Shown here: positions 1 through 11,409 of the stretch, piece by piece
Numbering within the stretch: the stretch's first letter is position 1
Layout: the number at the start of each line of letters is the position of its first letter
Source of the DNA: Mobula birostris
Taxonomy: Eukaryota
Assembly (NCBI RefSeq): GCF_030028105.1
Contig: NC_092374.1
Location: forward strand, 175,422,057-175,486,056
Reading direction: 5' to 3'
DNA: 64,000 nt
The notes under the pieces: generated by a model
The model's input: the letters and a program-made list of their open reading frames with translations, nothing else
What the model was told of the DNA's origin: nothing
Database searches by the model: none
Made by a program: the position numbers and the translations under genes

Positions 1-1930
1 CTAGCAGAGGTAAGGCTCCGCGGTCAGGTCTCTGACACTAAGCCTGGTTCTGTGATTCAGAAGGGATGGAGAGGGGGAAGAAGAGGTGAGCAGTAATGAA
101 AAGGAAGCAGAGTTGCAGGAGGGATGGGAACCAGAGTGCCAGGGCAGATAGTGGAGTGGTTGCGGGAAAAGATGTTGTTGAGCCTACATACAAAGACAGG
201 AATTGAAAGGTTGAGCATGGGGGAGGGGAGGAATATTGTTCTGAGTGGCATCTATTTCAATGGAGGAGAATTGTAGGGGTGGCAGATGAGCTTAAATCAT
301 CTGAATTTTCATGTCAACACATGAAATTTTGACATCTTAGCTATTAGTGAGAGTTTGTTGCAAAAACAATAAACTGTGCAAATACAAAAAGAGAGAAAGG
401 AAAGCCTGACAGCTCAATGTTCTGGGATTTAGTTGAGTTAGATGTGATAGGGGGTGAGGTATTAAATGAGGAGGGGTAGCATTACTAGCCAGGGAAAATG
501 TCACAGCAAAACTCAATCAGGCCGGATAGGAAGGCTCCTCTACTGAGGCTGTATGGGTGGAACTGAGGACCATGTTAATAGAATTATCTGACAGACCACC
601 CAACAATCAGTCAATTTAGAGGAAGAAACTTGTAGTGAGATAGCGGACAGTTGCAAGTAAACTAAAGTTGTGAAATAGGTGATTTTAACTTTCCATATAT
701 TGACTGGGACTCCCATACTGTAAAAGGGCTGGATGGGATAGAGTTTATCAAATGTGTTTGAGAAACTTTGCTTAACCAGTTCACCCAGTTAAGGAGAGTG
801 CAATACTGGATCTACTATTAGGGAATGAGACAGGACAGGTAACAGAAGTTTGTGTAGGGGAACACTTTACATCCAGTGATATTAATGCCATTAGTTTCAA
901 AATAATTGTGGAGAAAGATAGGTCTGGTCCTGGGGCTGAGATTCTAAATAGGAAAAAGCCCTGTTCTGATGGCATCAGGAAGTACCTGGCAAGTGTGAAA
1001 TGGGATAGGTTGCTTTCAGGGAAAAGAATGCTTGGTAAGTGAGAGGCATTCAAAAGTGATCCTGGATGATAATATGGTAAACTGGGTGAAAAAAAATTGA
1101 GGATGACACCAAGATTGTGGGTGTAGTGGAAAGTGAGGAAGGCTGTCAAAGCATGCAGTGGGGTCTGGACCAGATGGAAAAATGACAGATGGAATTTAAT
1201 GCAGACAAATGTGAAGTATTGCACTTTGGGAGGACAGATCGGAATAGACTAACACAATGAATACTAGGACACTGAGGAGTATGGTAGGTCAGAGGGATCT
1301 GGGAACACAGATTTATAATTCCTTGAAAGTGGCATCATAGGTAGATAACTTTATGAAGAGCACTTCTCGCATATTGCCCTTCATAAATCAAAGTATGAGT
1401 ACAGAAAATGGGATGTTATGTTGAAGTTGTATAAGATATTGATGAGATCAAATTTGGAGAATTGTGTACCTACATGAAATATATCAATAATATTCAAAGA
1501 GTACAGAGAAAATTTAGATGGATGTATTTGGAACTTATGGACCTCTGCTACAAGAAAAGGTGGAATAAGTTAGGACTTTATTCCATGGAATGTAGATGAA
1601 TGAGATGAGATTTGATAGATGAATACCAAATTATATAAAAATGAAGGGTATTGGTAAGGTAAATACAAGCAGCATTTCCCCCACAGAGGTTTAGTGTGAC
1701 CGTAACCAGAAGTTACAGGTTATGGGGATCCTGAAGGGGAACTTCTTCACTCAGAGGGTGGTATGAATGTGGAATAAGCCGCCAGTGAAAGTAGTGAATG
1801 CAGGTTTGGTCGAAACATTTAAGAGAAGTTTCAAAAAGTACATGGATGGGAGGAGTATGGAGGGCTATGGTCCAGGTGCAGGCTTATGGGATTAGGGAAA
1901 ATAGTATGGCATGGTTAGTGTGATATGGGC
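1..1930 (+). mobile_element. Decayed CR1-clade LINE (endonuclease remnant, internal deletion, RT C-terminus, 3-prime end)
   Basis: DDTKI remnant gatgacaccaag near 1103, QMEFNADKCEVLHFG region, and a typical CR1 3-prime end. Confidence 0.8.
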
Positions 1931-1979
1931 TAGATGGACTAAAACTCTATGGAAGTCTCAATCCTGTAGCACTGATATT

Positions 1980-2395
1980 GATTTTTCTAACGTACAGTAA
2001 TCATTCCCATCAGTTTTCTATTTCCCCCTTTAACTTGTCTGTGGCAACCCTTCCCTTTCCAATCCCCTGCCCTCATGACCTGTCCATCACCTCTCTCTGG
2101 TTCCACTCACCCTTCCCTTTATTCCACTGTCCTCTCCTATCAGATTCTTTCTTCTTCAGACCTACTACTCTTTCATCTATCAGCTCCAAGTTTCTCACCC
2201 CTTTCTACCCTGACTCCACCCGGCCATCTTGCCCCTCACCTGGACTTACCTATTACCTGCCAGCTTGTGCTCCTCCCTTTCTACCTATTTTTTATGTCTT
2301 CTGTGCTCTTCCTTTCCATCCCTGACTAAGGGTCTCAGCCTGAATTGTCAATTGTTTATTTCCCTCCGCAGATGCTGCCTGAACTGTCAAGCTGT
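1980..2395 (+). mobile_element. Penelope-like element 3-prime fragment with degenerate hammerhead motif
   Basis: Pyrimidine-rich body ending in cctgactaagggtctcagcctgaattgtcaa...gatgctgcctga, shared with other copies in the window. Confidence 0.65.
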
Positions 2396-2399
2396 TCCC

Positions 2400-2690
2400 C
2401 CATTTATTTATTGAGATACAGCATAGAATAGCCCCTTCCAGCCCTTTGAGCCATGCCGTCCAGAAAATCTTCCGAGTTAATCCTTGTCTAATCAATGGGC
2501 CAATTTACAATGACCAATTAACCTACCAACTGGTACATCTTCGGAATGTGGGAGGAAACTTGAGCACCTGGAGGAAACCCATGCAGTCATGGGGAAAATT
2601 TACAAACTCCTTCTAGGTAGTGGTGGGATTTGAACCTGGGTCGCTGGTACTGTACAGTGTTGTGCTAGTCATTACACTAACATGCCACCC
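2400..2690 (-). mobile_element. tRNA-derived SINE (HE1/V-SINE-like)
   Basis: Core tgtgggaggaaac..gagcacctggaggaaacccatgcagtcatgggg and B-box-like ggatttgaacctggg. Family name is from knowledge, not a search. Confidence 0.7.
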
Positions 2691-2869
2691 CAGATTTTCA
2701 GTGTGTTGCTCCAGTTTTCCAGCATTACCTCTTCATTGACCAGGCTCTGACCCTGGACGAACTGACAGGCTCCATCCATTCCTTTGGGTCGAGTAAGACT
2801 CCTGGAAGTGACAGCTTACCGACTGGGTTGTATTCGGCTCTGTGGAACTGGATGGGCCCAGACCTACTG

Positions 2870-3890
2870 GAAGTGTACTTCTGTATGCTTCTAGCGGCAG
2901 CATGTCAGAATCCATGAGGAAGGGCATCATCATCTTTATCTACAAGCAGAAGGAGGAAAAGGAGGACATTAGGAATTGAAGGCCCATATCACTCCTTAAC
3001 GTCAACTACAAGATCCTGTCCAAGGCTATCGCCAACAGGGTCAGGTCTGCTCTGGGACAGGTGATCCACCTGAACCAAACCTGCGCTCTACCGGGCAGGA
3101 AGATCTCAGACAGCCTCGCGCTGCTGAGGGACACCATCGCCTACGTGCAGGACAGGGGGGTGGACGCCTGCCTGGTCAGCTTGGACCAGGAGAAAGCCTT
3201 CACCAGGATATCGCACACGTACATGGCGGACGTGCTCTCCAAAATGGGATTTGGGGAGGGAATCCGGAATTGGATCAGACTGCTCTACACAGACATCTGT
3301 AGTGCAGTTCAGGTCAACGGGTGGGAAACAGACAGCTTCCCCATCAGGTCTGGAGTCAGGCAGGGCTGTCCCCTCTCCCCTATCCTGTTTGTGTGCTGCA
3401 TTGAACTGTTTGCCGAAGCCATCAGGAAGGATGAGGACATAAGAGGGGTGATGCTGCCAGGCAGTGGAGGGACCCAATTGAAAACCTCCCCGTACATGGA
3501 CAATGTCACCATCTTCTGCTCTGATCCGAGGTCAGTTCGCAGATTGATTGGCATCTGCGACCAGTTTGAGCTGCCGTCAAGGGCCAGGGTCAACCGCACG
3601 AAGAGCGAAGCCATGCTCTTCGGCAACTGGCCCGACTGATCCAGTGTCCCCTTCACCATCAGGTCTGACCACATGAAGGTGTTGGGGATCTGGTTTGGAG
3701 GGGCTAAGGCATGCAATAAGAACTGGCAGGAGCGGACTGCCAAGGTGAAACAAAAACTGGGACCATGGGGAGGGCGCTCCCTGTCGATAACAGGCAAGAA
3801 CCTGGTCATCAGGTGTGAGGTGCTCTCAGGGCTACTATACTTGGCGCAGGTGTGGCCTGTCCCCCCACTCCTACAGCTCGGAAGTCACCT
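2870..3890 (+). mobile_element. Tx1-clade (L1-like) LINE, RT fragment
   Basis: ORF 3061-3639: LLRDTIAYVQDRGVDACLVSLDQEKAF...[13 protein letters not shown]...YMDN. Continues in 3673-3903. Truncated at both ends. Confidence 0.88.
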
Positions 3891-4219
3891 CACAAATAAA
3901 TAATTTTATTTTGAATAAAGTACATTTTGTTAAAAAAATAACCTGTTTGTTACTTTCTCAAAACATTTGTCAGGTAAGATCTTCCTTTAGTAGGCTGTGG
4001 ACCAAATGCTGACAAACGAGACTAGCTCAGGAAGGAATCATTGTCAGCTTGGATGAGCTGGGCCACAGGCCCTGTTTCTGTGTGGTATTACTCTGAAAAG
4101 CTGAGGAGTAGCACCTTGAAATACTTGAACAGGGTTGCAACTCTATGAGCATCTGCTTGACAACTAACAACACTGAACTACATTTAGGTACGATCATCAG
4201 TTTACTAATACTAATCTTA

Positions 4220-6190
4220 CATAGAAACATAGAAAATAGGTGCAGGAGTAGGCTATTCGGCCCTATAAGCTTGCACCGCCATTCAGTACGATCATGGCTG
4301 ATCATCCATCTCAGAACCCTGTACCTGCCTTCCCTCCATACCCCCTGATCCCTTTAGCCACAAGGGCCATATTTAACTTCCTCTTAAATATAGCCAATGA
4401 ACTGGCCTCAACTGTTTCCTGTGGCAGAGAATTCCACAGATTCACCACTCTCCGTGTGAAGAAGTTTTTCCTCATCTCGATCCTAAAAGGCTCCCCCTTT
4501 ATCCTCAAGCTGTGATCCCTTGCTCTGAACTTCCCCAACATTGGGAACAATCTTCCTACATCTAGCCTGTCCAACCCCTTTAGAATTTTATACGTTTCAA
4601 TAAGATCCCCCCTCAATCTTCTAAATTCCAGAGAGTATAAGCCTAACCGATCCAGTCTTTCATCATATGAAAGTCCTGCCATCCCAGGAATCAATCTGGT
4701 GAAGCTTCTTTGTACTCCCTCTATGGCAAGAATGTCTTTCCTCAGACTAGGGGACAAAACTGCACACAATACTCTAGGTGTGGTCTCACCAAGGCCTTGT
4801 ACAACTGCAGTAGTACCTCCCTGCTCCTGTACTCAAATCCTCTTGTTATGAATGCCAGCATACCATTCGCCTTTTTCACCGCCTGCTGTACCTGCATGCC
4901 CACTTTCAATGACTGGTGTACAATGACAGCCAGGTCTCGTTGCACCTCCCCTTTTCCTAATCGGCCACCATTCATATAATAATCTGTTTTCCTGTTCTTG
5001 CCACCAAAGTGGATAACCTCACATTTATTCACATTAAATTGCATCTGCCATGAATTTGCCCACTCACCTAACCTATCCAATTCACCCTGCATCCTCCTCA
5101 CAGCTAACACTGCCGCCCAGTTTCGTGTCATCCGCAAACTTGGAGATGCTGCATTTAATTCCCTCATCTAAGTCATTAATATATATTGTAAACAACTGGG
5201 GTCCCAGCACCGAGCCTTGCGGTACCCCACACATCACTGCCTGCCATTCTGAAAAGGTCCCGTTTATTCCCACTCTCTGCCTCCTGTCTGCCAACCAATT
5301 CTCTATCCACATCAATACCATACCCCCAATACCGTGTGCTTTAAGTTTGCACACTAATCTCCTGTGTGGGACCTTGTCAAAAGCTTTTTGAAAATCCAAA
5401 TATACCACATCCACTGGTTCTCCCCTATCCAATCTACTAGTTACATCCTCAAAAAATTCTATGAGATTCGTCAGACATGATTTTCCTTTCACAAATCCAT
5501 GCTGAGTTTGTCCAATCATTTCACCACTTTCCAAATGCGCTGTTATCACATCTTTGATAACTGACTCTAGCATTTTCCCTACTACCGGTCTATAATTCTC
5601 CGGTTTCTCTCTCCCTCCTTTTTTAAAAAGTGGGGTTACATTAGCCACCCTCCAGTCCTCAGGAACTAATCCAGAATCTAAAGAGTTTTGAAAAATTATC
5701 AGTAATGCATCCACTATTTCTTGTGCTACTTCCTTAAGCACTCTGGGATGCAGACCATCTGGCCCGGGGTATTTATCTGCCCTCAATCCCTTCAATTTAT
5801 CTAACACCACTTCCCTACTAACATGTATTTCCCTCAGTTCCTCCATCTCACTAGACCCTCGGTCCACTACTATTTCCGGAAGATTATTTATGTCCTCCTT
5901 AGTGAAGACAGAACCAAAGTAGTTATTCAATTGGTCTGCCATGTCCTTGTTCCCCATGATCAATTCACCTGTTTCTGACTGTAAAGGACCTACATTTGTC
6001 TTAACCAATCTTTTTCTTTTCACATATCTATAAAAGCTTTTACAGTCAGTTTTTATGTTCCCTGCCAGCTTTCTCTCATAATCTTTTTTCCCTTTCCTAA
6101 TTAAGCCCTTTGTCCTCCTCTGCTGGACTCTGAATTTCTCCCAGTCCTCAGGTGAGCCGCTTTTTCTGGCTAATTTGTATGTTTCTTCTT
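4220..6190 (-). mobile_element. 5-prime-truncated CR1 LINE, relatively young
   Basis: ORFs 5082-6023, 4742-5167 and 4311-4769 give the RT ([33 protein letters not shown]). (catagaaa)n tail at 4220. Confidence 0.95.
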
Positions 6191-6579
6191 TGTTACTTTG
6201 TTCATCTTACTACTGTTAGTATTGGCATTGTCTCTTCACATTTATATTCTTATTGAAAATTAAAAAGTTGGAAGTAGAGTTGATATTAAAATATGTATAT
6301 GTTACCACATACTACCTTGAGATTCATTTTCTTGGGGGCTTTTACAAGATAAAAAAAATAGAATTTTATGGAAAACTATACATAAACAAAGACTGGTGCA
6401 AAAGAAGACAAACTGTGCAAATAAACATAATACTGATAACATCAGTTATAAAGAGTCTGAAGGTGTGCCTGTATGTTATATAATTGGTTAGAGTAGTGGT
6501 GAATGAAATTACCTATGCCTGTTCAGGAGCCTAATGTTTGTAGGGTAATAATTATTCCTGAACCTGGTGGTGGGGGACC

Positions 6580-6770
6580 TAACAACACACACAAACTGCT
6601 GGAGGAACTCAGCAGGCCAGACAGCATCAATGGAAAAGAATAAACGGTCGATGTTTTAGGACAAGACCCTTCATCAAGACTGTTTACTCTTTTTCATAGA
6701 TGGTGCTTGGCCTGATGAGTTCCACTAGCATTTTGTGTGTGTTGCTTGGATTTCCAACATCTACAAATTT
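6580..6770. mobile_element. Short Penelope terminal-repeat hairpin remnant
   Basis: ctgctggaggaactcagcaggccag...ctggcctgatgagttccactagca inverted arms around a degenerate hammerhead. Confidence 0.65.
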
Positions 6771-6849
6771 CCTTTTGTTTGTGGTGTGGGACCTGGGGCT
6801 TCTATGGTCATGTTTGGTAATACCACAGTTATCATATGCCTGTTACAAA

Positions 6850-7830
6850 GACAAGAGATTGCAGATACTGGAATCTGGTGCAACACACAAAATGCTGGAG
6901 GATCTCAGCTGGTCAGGCAGCATCTGTGGAGGGAAATGAACAGAAAATATTTCTAGTCAAAATCCTTCAACTGGACTGAAAGAAAGAGTGGTATAGAGGT
7001 GAAGAGAAGGGTTGAATCCAGAGCTGGCAGACAAGAGATTTCTCCAGGTGACAATAGTATAAATAGATAGGGGAGGGAGTGAGAATGTTGTCAGAACCTG
7101 AGAGATGATAGGTGGAAATGAAGAAGTGATGAAGATAATGGAATCTGACAGGAGAAAAAGGGGAGCTGAAATACACAGAGGGAGGTAGGAGGCAAAACCA
7201 AAGGGAGGAGTGTGTGGGTGATGGAGATGGTGGGATAGGGAGAAGATTTAGAGTGATATGGGCTATGTGGATCATGAGGAGATTAAAAAGAGGCAGAGGG
7301 GAGGAGCTACCAGAAGACTGAGATTTCCACATTCATGAAATCAGGTTGGAGACTGCCCAGGCCGAATATGATGCCTTTCCTCTAATTTTCATTTACCATC
7401 AATTTGGAAGGAGTTGGAGGAGACTAAAGAAAGACAGGTGTGGAAATGGGAATTAAAACGTTTGGGAGCTGGGAGACCCAGATGCCAATGCCAGATGGCT
7501 TGCACCTGGTTTATGAAGTAATTACCCAGTCAGCTTCTGGTCTTACCAATGTAAAGGAGGCTGAACAGAAGTACCATGTGTAATAAACAAGGCTGGAGGA
7601 TTTGTATGCAAATATCTGCCTCGCCTGCAAAGTCTGTTTGTAGTTTTGTAGAGTAATGAGGGAGGAGGTGTGGAGACAGGTGTAACACTTCTTGTTGGTA
7701 CAGAGGGCGGTGCATGGGTGGGAGAAAGAAAAGGGATGGATGGGGAGAGCTGAATGGACCGGAGAATAACACCTTATGGAAAGGGAAATGGGGAGAGAAA
7801 ACTATGGTTGGTGATGGGATCATGTTTTGA
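6850..7830 (-). mobile_element. Penelope-like fragment
   Basis: Terminal caacacacaaaatgctggaggatctcagc, purine-rich body and decayed endonuclease-side sequence, similar to 24770-26470. Confidence 0.65.
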
Positions 7831-7879
7831 AGCATTTTGTGTTCCAGTTAGGTATTCTACAACACAGCAGTCTGAACAA

Positions 7880-8285
7880 TGAACAATTTCTGGTAACCAT
7901 TCCCCCTCTGGCATTTTTCCTTTTTGCCCAGATCTATCTGCCCATTATCACCCTATCTCTTTCCCTTTTCCCCTCCCTCTCCCTATCATCAACACACTCC
8001 TACCACCAGTTCCTTTCCTATCAGATTCCATCATTTTAACTCTTGTGTCACCTGCACCTTTCACCTCCCAGCTTCTGTCACTATTCCCACTTCATCTGCC
8101 TATGAATCCCCACTCACCTCAATCCACCTATCGTCTGCTAGCTCTTGTCCCACCTGCTTATGCTGGCCAACTTCCTACTTATCTTTCAGTGTTGATGAAG
8201 GGTGACTGCCGAAACATTTACTGTACGTTTCTCTCCGCAGATATTTCCTGATCTACCACGTTCCTCCAGCACCTGATATGTTGTT
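7880..8285 (+). mobile_element. Penelope-like 3-prime fragment abutting the MHC promoter
   Basis: Ends in cagtgttgatgaagggtgactgccgaaacatttactg (mutated hammerhead core) and ttcctccagca. Confidence 0.65.
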
Positions 8286-8288
8286 GTT

Positions 8289-8296
8289 ATTTGCAT
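8289..8296 (+). promoter_or_regulatory. Octamer motif ATTTGCAT (Oct1/Oct2 site)
   Basis: Perfect match, upstream of the Y-box array. Confidence 0.5.
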
Positions 8297-8341
8297 AATA
8301 TATTTGGCCACATATAGAATTAATAGTCTGTGTCTGGCTGT

Positions 8342-8500
8342 GATTGGTGGGTTTTACATCATTGTAATTGCCACTACTTTGCTAAGCAGAGGGTGATTGG
8401 TTTTTCTCTGGCCGGCTGTGATTGGTTTTCCTCTGCCTGACTCTGATTGGTATTCCTCTGGCCGGCTGTGATTGGCTTGTCTGCACCCAGTTGTGATTGG
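8342..8500 (+). promoter_or_regulatory. Array of inverted CCAAT (Y-box/NF-Y) motifs
   Basis: GATTGG at 8342, 8395, 8420, 8445, 8470 and 8495. The last five are exactly 25 bp apart within a degenerate tandem unit (tttt(c)ctctggccggctgtgattgg). Confidence 0.85.
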
Positions 8501-8518
8501 TTTGTTCTGCCGGCTCCC

Positions 8519-8526
8519 TATTTAAA
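8519..8526 (+). promoter_or_regulatory. TATA-like box TATTTAAA
   Basis: Lies 19 nt after the last Y box and 52 nt before the ATG. Confidence 0.65.
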
Positions 8527-8570
8527 GCATGAGTGCCGCTCTACTTCCGTAGTTTCACAAGTGTTTAACA

Positions 8571-8667
8571 ATGACAGACGGGGTTGTTTGGCTGCGCGTC
8601 CTGGGATTCAGGGGAACGGTTCTCCTCTGCATTGCGCTCTTCCTCAGCCAGCGGAAAGCCAGGGTCG
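8571..8667 (+). CDS. mhc2b: MHC class II beta exon 1, signal peptide (MTDGVVWLRVLGFRGTVLLCIALFLSQRKARV-G)
   Basis: ATG 45 nt after TATTTAAA, hydrophobic core TVLLCIALFL, donor G|GTAAGT at 8668. Phase 1 matches the exon 2 acceptor. Confidence 0.82.
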
Positions 8668-9999
8668 GTAAGTACTGGAGTGTATCGTCGCTCTGGAATT
8701 GTCCCAGCTCAGGGATGCCTGTCACCTCTGTAGCAAACAGAAATCGCCTACGTACTGAATGGGTCCGATAGTACGCGTAGAAGCAAAGGATTGTCGGCAT
8801 TTCGGGTCGCAGCGCTGCACGTTAACAGTCCCTCGGCGCTTTTTGCTCTAAAATCCAGTTCTTGAGTCTCCCTGTGAATGGTCCTGTCTCGACGCCCTGC
8901 TCATCATCCCCCGCCGGGTCTCGAGGTTCTCCAACGGTTCTCGTTCTCGTTCCACTGAGAAGTTAGGCAAAACGTATCTGGGTTGTGTGAGGAAAGACAG
9001 CAAATAATCCATGGAATGCTGCATTTGGCTCTATTTGTAAATTATATCCCTGTTATGACTAAATCGCCACGGTTCTCTAAAGAGCTCTAATCGCTCACGC
9101 ACGCTCTAGTTTATTTTAGACTAAAATAGCATTAGATTAAGACTGGTCTCCTTTGCTTTGATCCTTGAGAGAATATTGTAAATTTAACATCTCATTCTTT
9201 CAATTTCTGGAAATTTTTAGCGCAATGGGTCAGTACCTCTCTATTTTCTCAGTTATGAATGGGATTCTATTTGTTGTTCTAATCCAGGGATCATTTCCAA
9301 AGCAGGAAGCTAGAGAGTCCAGTGTGCAGTCATCTTCCAAAGCTTGATGTAGACCACTGGCTCTTGAGATTTGTTGTGTTCAATCTTGCATTTTCAGACT
9401 ACTGTATTTGAAATATAAATTCCAAAAAGAAAACGCATGGGTATCTGGGTGCCTTGAGTGCATGGTTTGTGCATGTTACTGTGTAGGTATGATAATTAGT
9501 CAAAAAACAATGTTATTTATTGTGCATTAGTGAAAATAAACCTGGGAGATTATACTTAATTTGTGGTGTCTTGGGGTAATGAGGTGACTCTGAACCAGAT
9601 GGTGATCACAGATGAGGCAAGTAGTTTTGTCTTGTGATCACAATACACAAACTTGTAGAATATAGAGACATGTCTTGCAAACTGGCTTTTGTGGAAGTGG
9701 AGATGATTGTAGTGTGTTGTCTACAATGAAGATTTTACAAGGCAACTTGTAGGCTGATTGAAATGGTTAAGCCATACAACATCCATCATGATTGGTAGAT
9801 TATATTCAAAATTGGATTGGTCATAGAAAATGACTGACTTGGTTTCAGTATTGACCAGTGAGAAGTACCTCGATATTTTAGGACAGTGTAAAACAGGCTG
9901 GTATACTTGAAGGAGGATGTGCCAGAAGGGGCAAAGTTGGTCCACTGGGAGTTCAGAGTGATAATCCATGTGTGGAGCTAAAAGGGGTGATTTTATTTT

Positions 10000-11400
10000 T
10001 TGCATCTGTATTTACTCAGGAGATGGACAGTTTATAGAAGTGAGGCAAAGCAGCATCAAATTAATGGTCCCTATACAGATTAGAGAAGGTGCTTGCAGTC
10101 CTGAGGCAAATTAAGGTGGTACAATCCCCCAGGGCCTGACAAGGTATTCCAATGGACCTGGGGGAGGCAAGAAATTGCTGGGGCTTAGCAGAGATATTTA
10201 AATTATCCTTGGCAACAGCTGAGGTACCAAAGGATTGGAGGATAGCCAGTGTTCTGTTCAAGAAAGGCTTTTTTTAAAAAAAACCTTGAAATTATAGACC
10301 AGAGATCCTGACGTCAGTAGTGGGAAAGCTATCAGAAGACATTCTGAGGGACAGGAAATACATGTATTTAGATAAACATTAAGGAAAGCTGGCATAGCTT
10401 TGTTGAAAGTTGTACTTTTATACTTTGTTGCCAAACAATTGGTACTACAATGTACAATCATCACAGTGATATTTGATTCTGTGCTTCCCACTCCCTTGAT
10501 TACAAATATTAAATATTAAAAATATTTAAAATAGTAAAAATTAGTAAATTATAAAAAAATTAAATTATAAATCATAAATAGAAAATAGAAAAATGGAAAG
10601 TAAGGTAGTGCAAAAAAACCAGGAGGCAGGTCCGGATATTTGGAGGGTATGGCCCAGATCCGTTCAGCAGTCTTATCACAGTTGGAAAGAAGCTGTTCCC
10701 AAATCTGGCCATATGAGTCTTCGAGCTCCTGAACCTTCTCCTGGAGGGAAGAGGGATGAAAAGTGTGTTGGTTGGGTGGGTTGTGTCCTTGATTATCCTG
10801 GCAGCACTGCTCCAACAGCGTGCGGTGTAAAGTGAGTCCAAGGATGGAAGATTGGTTTGTGTGATGTAGGCAAGGCAGCAGGTTTTGTCTACAGACTTTA
10901 GCAAGGCATTTGACAAGGTCCTGCATGGGAGGTTCAAGAAAATTCTTTTGCACAGGATTTAAGATGAGGTAGTGAATTTGATTAGGTAGGGTGGGAGAAG
11001 CCAGAGTGGTAGTAAATGGTTGCCTTTCTGACTGGAGGCCTGTCATAGGGATCGGTGGTGGGTCTGTTATTGTTTGTCATGTATATCACTGATTTGGATG
11101 ACAGTGTGCATGGAGTCCAGTGGACAGGGAGGAAGACTATCATGGCTTTCAGTAGGATGTGGATCAGGTTGGCAAATGGACTGGAAAAATGGCACATGAA
11201 ATTTAATGCAGGTGAGTGTGAGGTGTTGCACTTCAGTAGGACCAACCACAATAGGATTACAATGAATGGCAGAGTACTGAGTGGTAGAACAAAATGATTC
11301 GGGAATAGAGATCTGTAATTCATTGAAAGTGGTGTCACATGTACATGGGGTTGTAAAGAATGCTTTTGGCACGTTGACCTTCATGAAATAAGTTTTGAGT
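10000..11400 (+). mobile_element. Decayed CR1 RT, interrupted at about 10403-10867
   Basis: KSPGPD, DFSKAFDK, GLLLFVMYITDLD and MKFNAGECEVLHF remnants. Confidence 0.8.
10403..10867 (-). mobile_element. Rex1/Babar-type LINE 3-prime fragment
   Basis: HPTNTLFIPLPSRRRFRS...RFGNSFFPTVIRLLNG and a (tatactt)n tail. Close copy at 60803-61250. Confidence 0.8.
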
Positions 11401-11409
11401 ACAGGAGAA

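Larger units (their letters stand above)
8500..9110. other. CpG-rich island over exon 1 and the start of intron 1
   Basis: Dense CG dinucleotides (e.g. ctgcgcgtcc, tagtacgcgtag, tcgggtcgcagcgctgcacg) against a CpG-depleted background. Confidence 0.7.

Noticed and set aside
2400-2690. tRNA gene
   Set aside because: The B-box-like motif belongs to a decayed SINE head. No cloverleaf.
8376-8500. Regularly spaced repeats as a CRISPR-like array
   Set aside because: Eukaryotic context. The spacers are homologous to each other and there are no cas genes. It is a promoter minisatellite.
8529-8552. Upstream ORF MSAALLP* in frame with the leader
   Set aside because: The ATG is only 3 nt after the TATA-like box, so it probably lies upstream of the transcription start.
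8728-8755. X1/X2-like sequence (tagcaaacaga...tacgta) in intron 1
   Set aside because: Weak match, with no Y box at the required distance.
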